Part shown: positions 61,518 through 64,000 of the stretch, one piece after another | How positions within the stretch are numbered: the first letter of the stretch is position 1 | How the letters are laid out: the number at the start of each line of letters is the position of its first letter | NCBI GenBank assembly: GCA_002269645.1 | Contig: NIVC01000750.1 | Span: 129,915-193,914 of the forward strand | Reading direction: 5' to 3' | DNA length: 64,000 nucleotides | Source: Macrostomum lignano | Lineage: Eukaryota | Notes under the pieces: generated by a model | Told to the model about the DNA's origin: nothing | Databases searched by the model: none | What the model saw: the letters and a program-made list of their open reading frames with translations, nothing else | Made by a program: the position numbers and the translations under genes

Positions 61518-63628
61518 ATGGACTATTCAACAGCAGACAAGCAGCAGCTGATAGACAAGATCAAAGAACGTGACCATAAAATTGAACGCTATGAGAAGCG
61601 ACTCACAGGTAAAGTGCTCTACTCAAACTTGCAGTCACTTTCAGATAGCTAGATAAGAATCTATCTAAACATTTTGCGCCTGTGCTCATCACTTCAAACC
61701 AACAGATGTTGTTGTCGCATTCAAAAATCTACAAAAAGAGAAAGCCGCCCTGGAGGACACTCTTCAGCAGGTGAATTTTGCTTCTACGAGCAGAAACAAG
61801 CGACCTAGTCCGCATAGGACTGCCGCCTCAACTACTGCTGAGACTACAAATGATGAAGGAGAAGATGATTCATCCGCTGGTGTCACCTCAGAAGCTGCCG
61901 AGGCTTACGAAGCTCGCATAGCTAAACTGTTAGAAAGCGTGAACGCTTTGACTCAACAGAAAAACGAATTGTCTGCCACTTATCAGGCTGACAAACGGAT
62001 TCTCAGGGTCAGTTTGATTTTGCACTAATTGTAATGTTTTGTTCGACCTGTCCTACCAGATCCCCACAGCCCTGTCTCCCAGATCCCTACAGCCCTGTCT
62101 CCCAGATCCCCACAGCCCTGTCTCCCAGATCCCCACAGCCCTGGCTCCCAGATCCCCACAGCCCTGTCTCCCAGATCCCCACAGCCCTGTCTCCCAGATC
62201 CCACAGCCCTGGCTCCCAGATCCCCACAGCCCTGTCTCCCAGATCCCCACAGCCCTGTCTCCCAGATCCCCACAGCCTTGTCTCCCAGATCCCCACAGCC
62301 CTGTCTCCCAGATCCCACAGCCCTGTCTCCCAGATCCCCACAGCCCTGGCTCCCAGATCCCCACAGCCCTGTCTCCCAGATCCCCACAGCCCTGGCTCCC
62401 AGATCCCCACAGCCCTGTCTCCCAGATTTCCACAGCCCTGGCTCCCAGATCCCCACAGCCCTGTCTCCCAGATCCCCACAGCCCTGGCTCCCAGATCCCC
62501 ACAGCCCTGTCTCCCAGATCCCCACAGCCCTGTCTCCCAGATCCCCACAGCCCTGGCTCCCAGATCCTCACAGCCCTGTCTCCCAGATCCCCACAGCCCT
62601 GGCTCCCAGATCCCCACAGCCCTGGCTCCCAGATCCCCAAAGCCCTGTCTCCCAGATCCCCACAGCCCTGTCTCCCAGATCCCCACAGCCTTGTCTCCAG
62701 ATCCCCACAGCCCTGTCTCCCAGATCCCCACAGCCCTGGCTCCCAGATCCCACAGCCCTGTCTCCCAGATCCCCACAGCCCTGTCTCCCAGATCCCCACA
62801 GCCCTGGCTCCCAGATCCTCACAGCCCTGTCTCCCAGATCCCCACAGCCCTGTCTCCCAGATCCCCACAGCCCTGTCTCCAGATCCCCACAGCCCTGCTT
62901 CCAGATTCCACAGCCCTGTCTCCCAGATCCCCACAGCCCTGGCTCCCAGATCCCCACAACCCTGTTTCCCAGATTCCCACAGCCCTGTCTCCCAGATCCC
63001 CACAGCCCTGGCTCCCAGATCCCCACAGCCCTGTCTCCCAGATCCCCACAGCCCTGTCTCCCAGATCCCCACAGCCCTGGCTCCCAGATCCCCACAGCCC
63101 TGGCTCCCAGATCCCCACAACCCTGTTTCCCAGATTCCCACAGCCCTGGCTCCCAGATCCCCACAGCCCTGTCTCCCAGATCCCTACAGCCCTGTCTCCC
63201 AGATCCCACAGCCCTGGCTCCCAGATCCTCACAGCCCTGTCTCCCAGATCCCCACAGCCTGGCTCCCAGATCCCCACAGCCCTGGCTCCCAGATCCCCAC
63301 AGCCCTGGCTCCCAGATCCCCAAAGCCCTGTCTCCCAGATCCCCACAGCCCTGTCTCCTAGATCCCACAGCCCTGTCTCCCAGACAACCTTGTCTTCACA
63401 CTAGCAACTTGAAACTCCATCCAAACCTACCTCTTCGCACCCGCAGGAGAGTTTGAGCACACAATAGCTGAGCAGAAGCGCGACCTGGAGTCCTGTGCCA
63501 TTGTTCGACGCGATCTTGAGGCTCAATTGAACGAATTTAGATCCCGCGCCAGACAGCAGGCCAAGGTGGAGCAGGACACCAGTGCGCTTAGCTCCCGGCT
63601 GGCTGCAGAGACTGCGGCTAGAGAGGAG
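61518..63628 (+). CDS. GCC1: GRIP and coiled-coil domain protein 1 (GCC88 golgin), first three coding exons; continues beyond window
   Basis: Exons 61518-61608, 61706-62007, ~63447-63628. DKQQLIDKIKERDHKIERYEKRLT|DVVVAFKNLQKEKAALEDTL matches recalled GCC1 RLKDVVRAYKSLLKEKEALEASI, and QKNELSATYQADKR matches QKSKMEASYLADKK. The exon 2/3 junction has a phase mismatch (see findings). Confidence 0.85.
62055..63385. repeat. 23-bp minisatellite CCCTGTCTCCCAGATCCCCACAG
   Basis: About 58 copies filling GCC1 intron 2. Confidence 0.97.
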
Positions 63629-63631
63629 GTG

Positions 63632-63713
63632 AGTCTGTGTCTGTCTGTCTGTCTGTCTTAGTGTCTGTCTGTCTTAGTGTCTGTCTGTCTGTCTGTCTTA
63701 GTGTCTGTCTTAG

Positions 63714-63768
<55 letters not shown>

Positions 63769-63953
63769 GCTGTCTGTTGTCTGTCTGTCTGTCTGTCTTA
63801 GTGTCTGTCTGTCTGTCTGTCTTAGTGTCTGTCTGTCTGTCTGTCTTAGTGTCTGTCTGTCTGTCTGTCTTAGTGTCTGTCTGTCTGTCTGTCTTAGTGT
63901 CTGTCTGTCTGTCTGTCTGTCTGTCTTAGTGTCTGTCTGTCTGTCTGTCTTAG

Positions 63954-64000
<47 letters not shown>
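63632..64000. repeat. (CTGT)n with CTTAGTGT variants
   Basis: Begins directly after the GCC1 exon 3 donor; reverse complement of the 2443-3724 family. Confidence 0.97.

Noticed and set aside
62034-63456. 440-456-aa Pro-rich ORFs (PDPHSPVSQIPTAL)
   Set aside because: Translation of the 23-bp array inside GCC1 intron 2.

Overview
Eukaryotic, intron-rich animal DNA. The CAG/poly-Gln exons and minisatellite-packed introns suggest a free-living flatworm such as Macrostomum; this is inference only. Spliced by hand, the window holds seven protein-coding genes: (1) the 5' part of a PLC-like/PRIP gene (minus, runs off the window start); (2) a complete LMO7/LIMCH1/Smallish-like CH+LIM gene ending in FSCV; (3) an MFRY/MFRF-amide neuropeptide precursor; (4) an Msx homeobox gene (minus); (5) a small two-exon gene that looks like a stand-alone Hsp70 lid domain; (6) an intronless rhodopsin-type GPCR; (7) the 5' part of GCC1/GCC88. 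Mobile DNA comprises a full-length D34D mariner with TIRs and TA duplication, a ~4 kb non-autonomous Helitron candidate carrying its own minisatellites, a foldback MITE, a hAT-like MITE with an expanded hairpin repeat, and a tRNA-derived CORE-type SINE. About 40 micro/minisatellite arrays fill introns and intergenic space, and most long ORFs in the supplied track are translations of them. Top leads: the Hsp70-lid-only gene, the minisatellite-carrying Helitron/MITEs, and intron-specific arrays built from hairpins and splice-site look-alikes. Family assignments come from recalled motifs; no database search was run.
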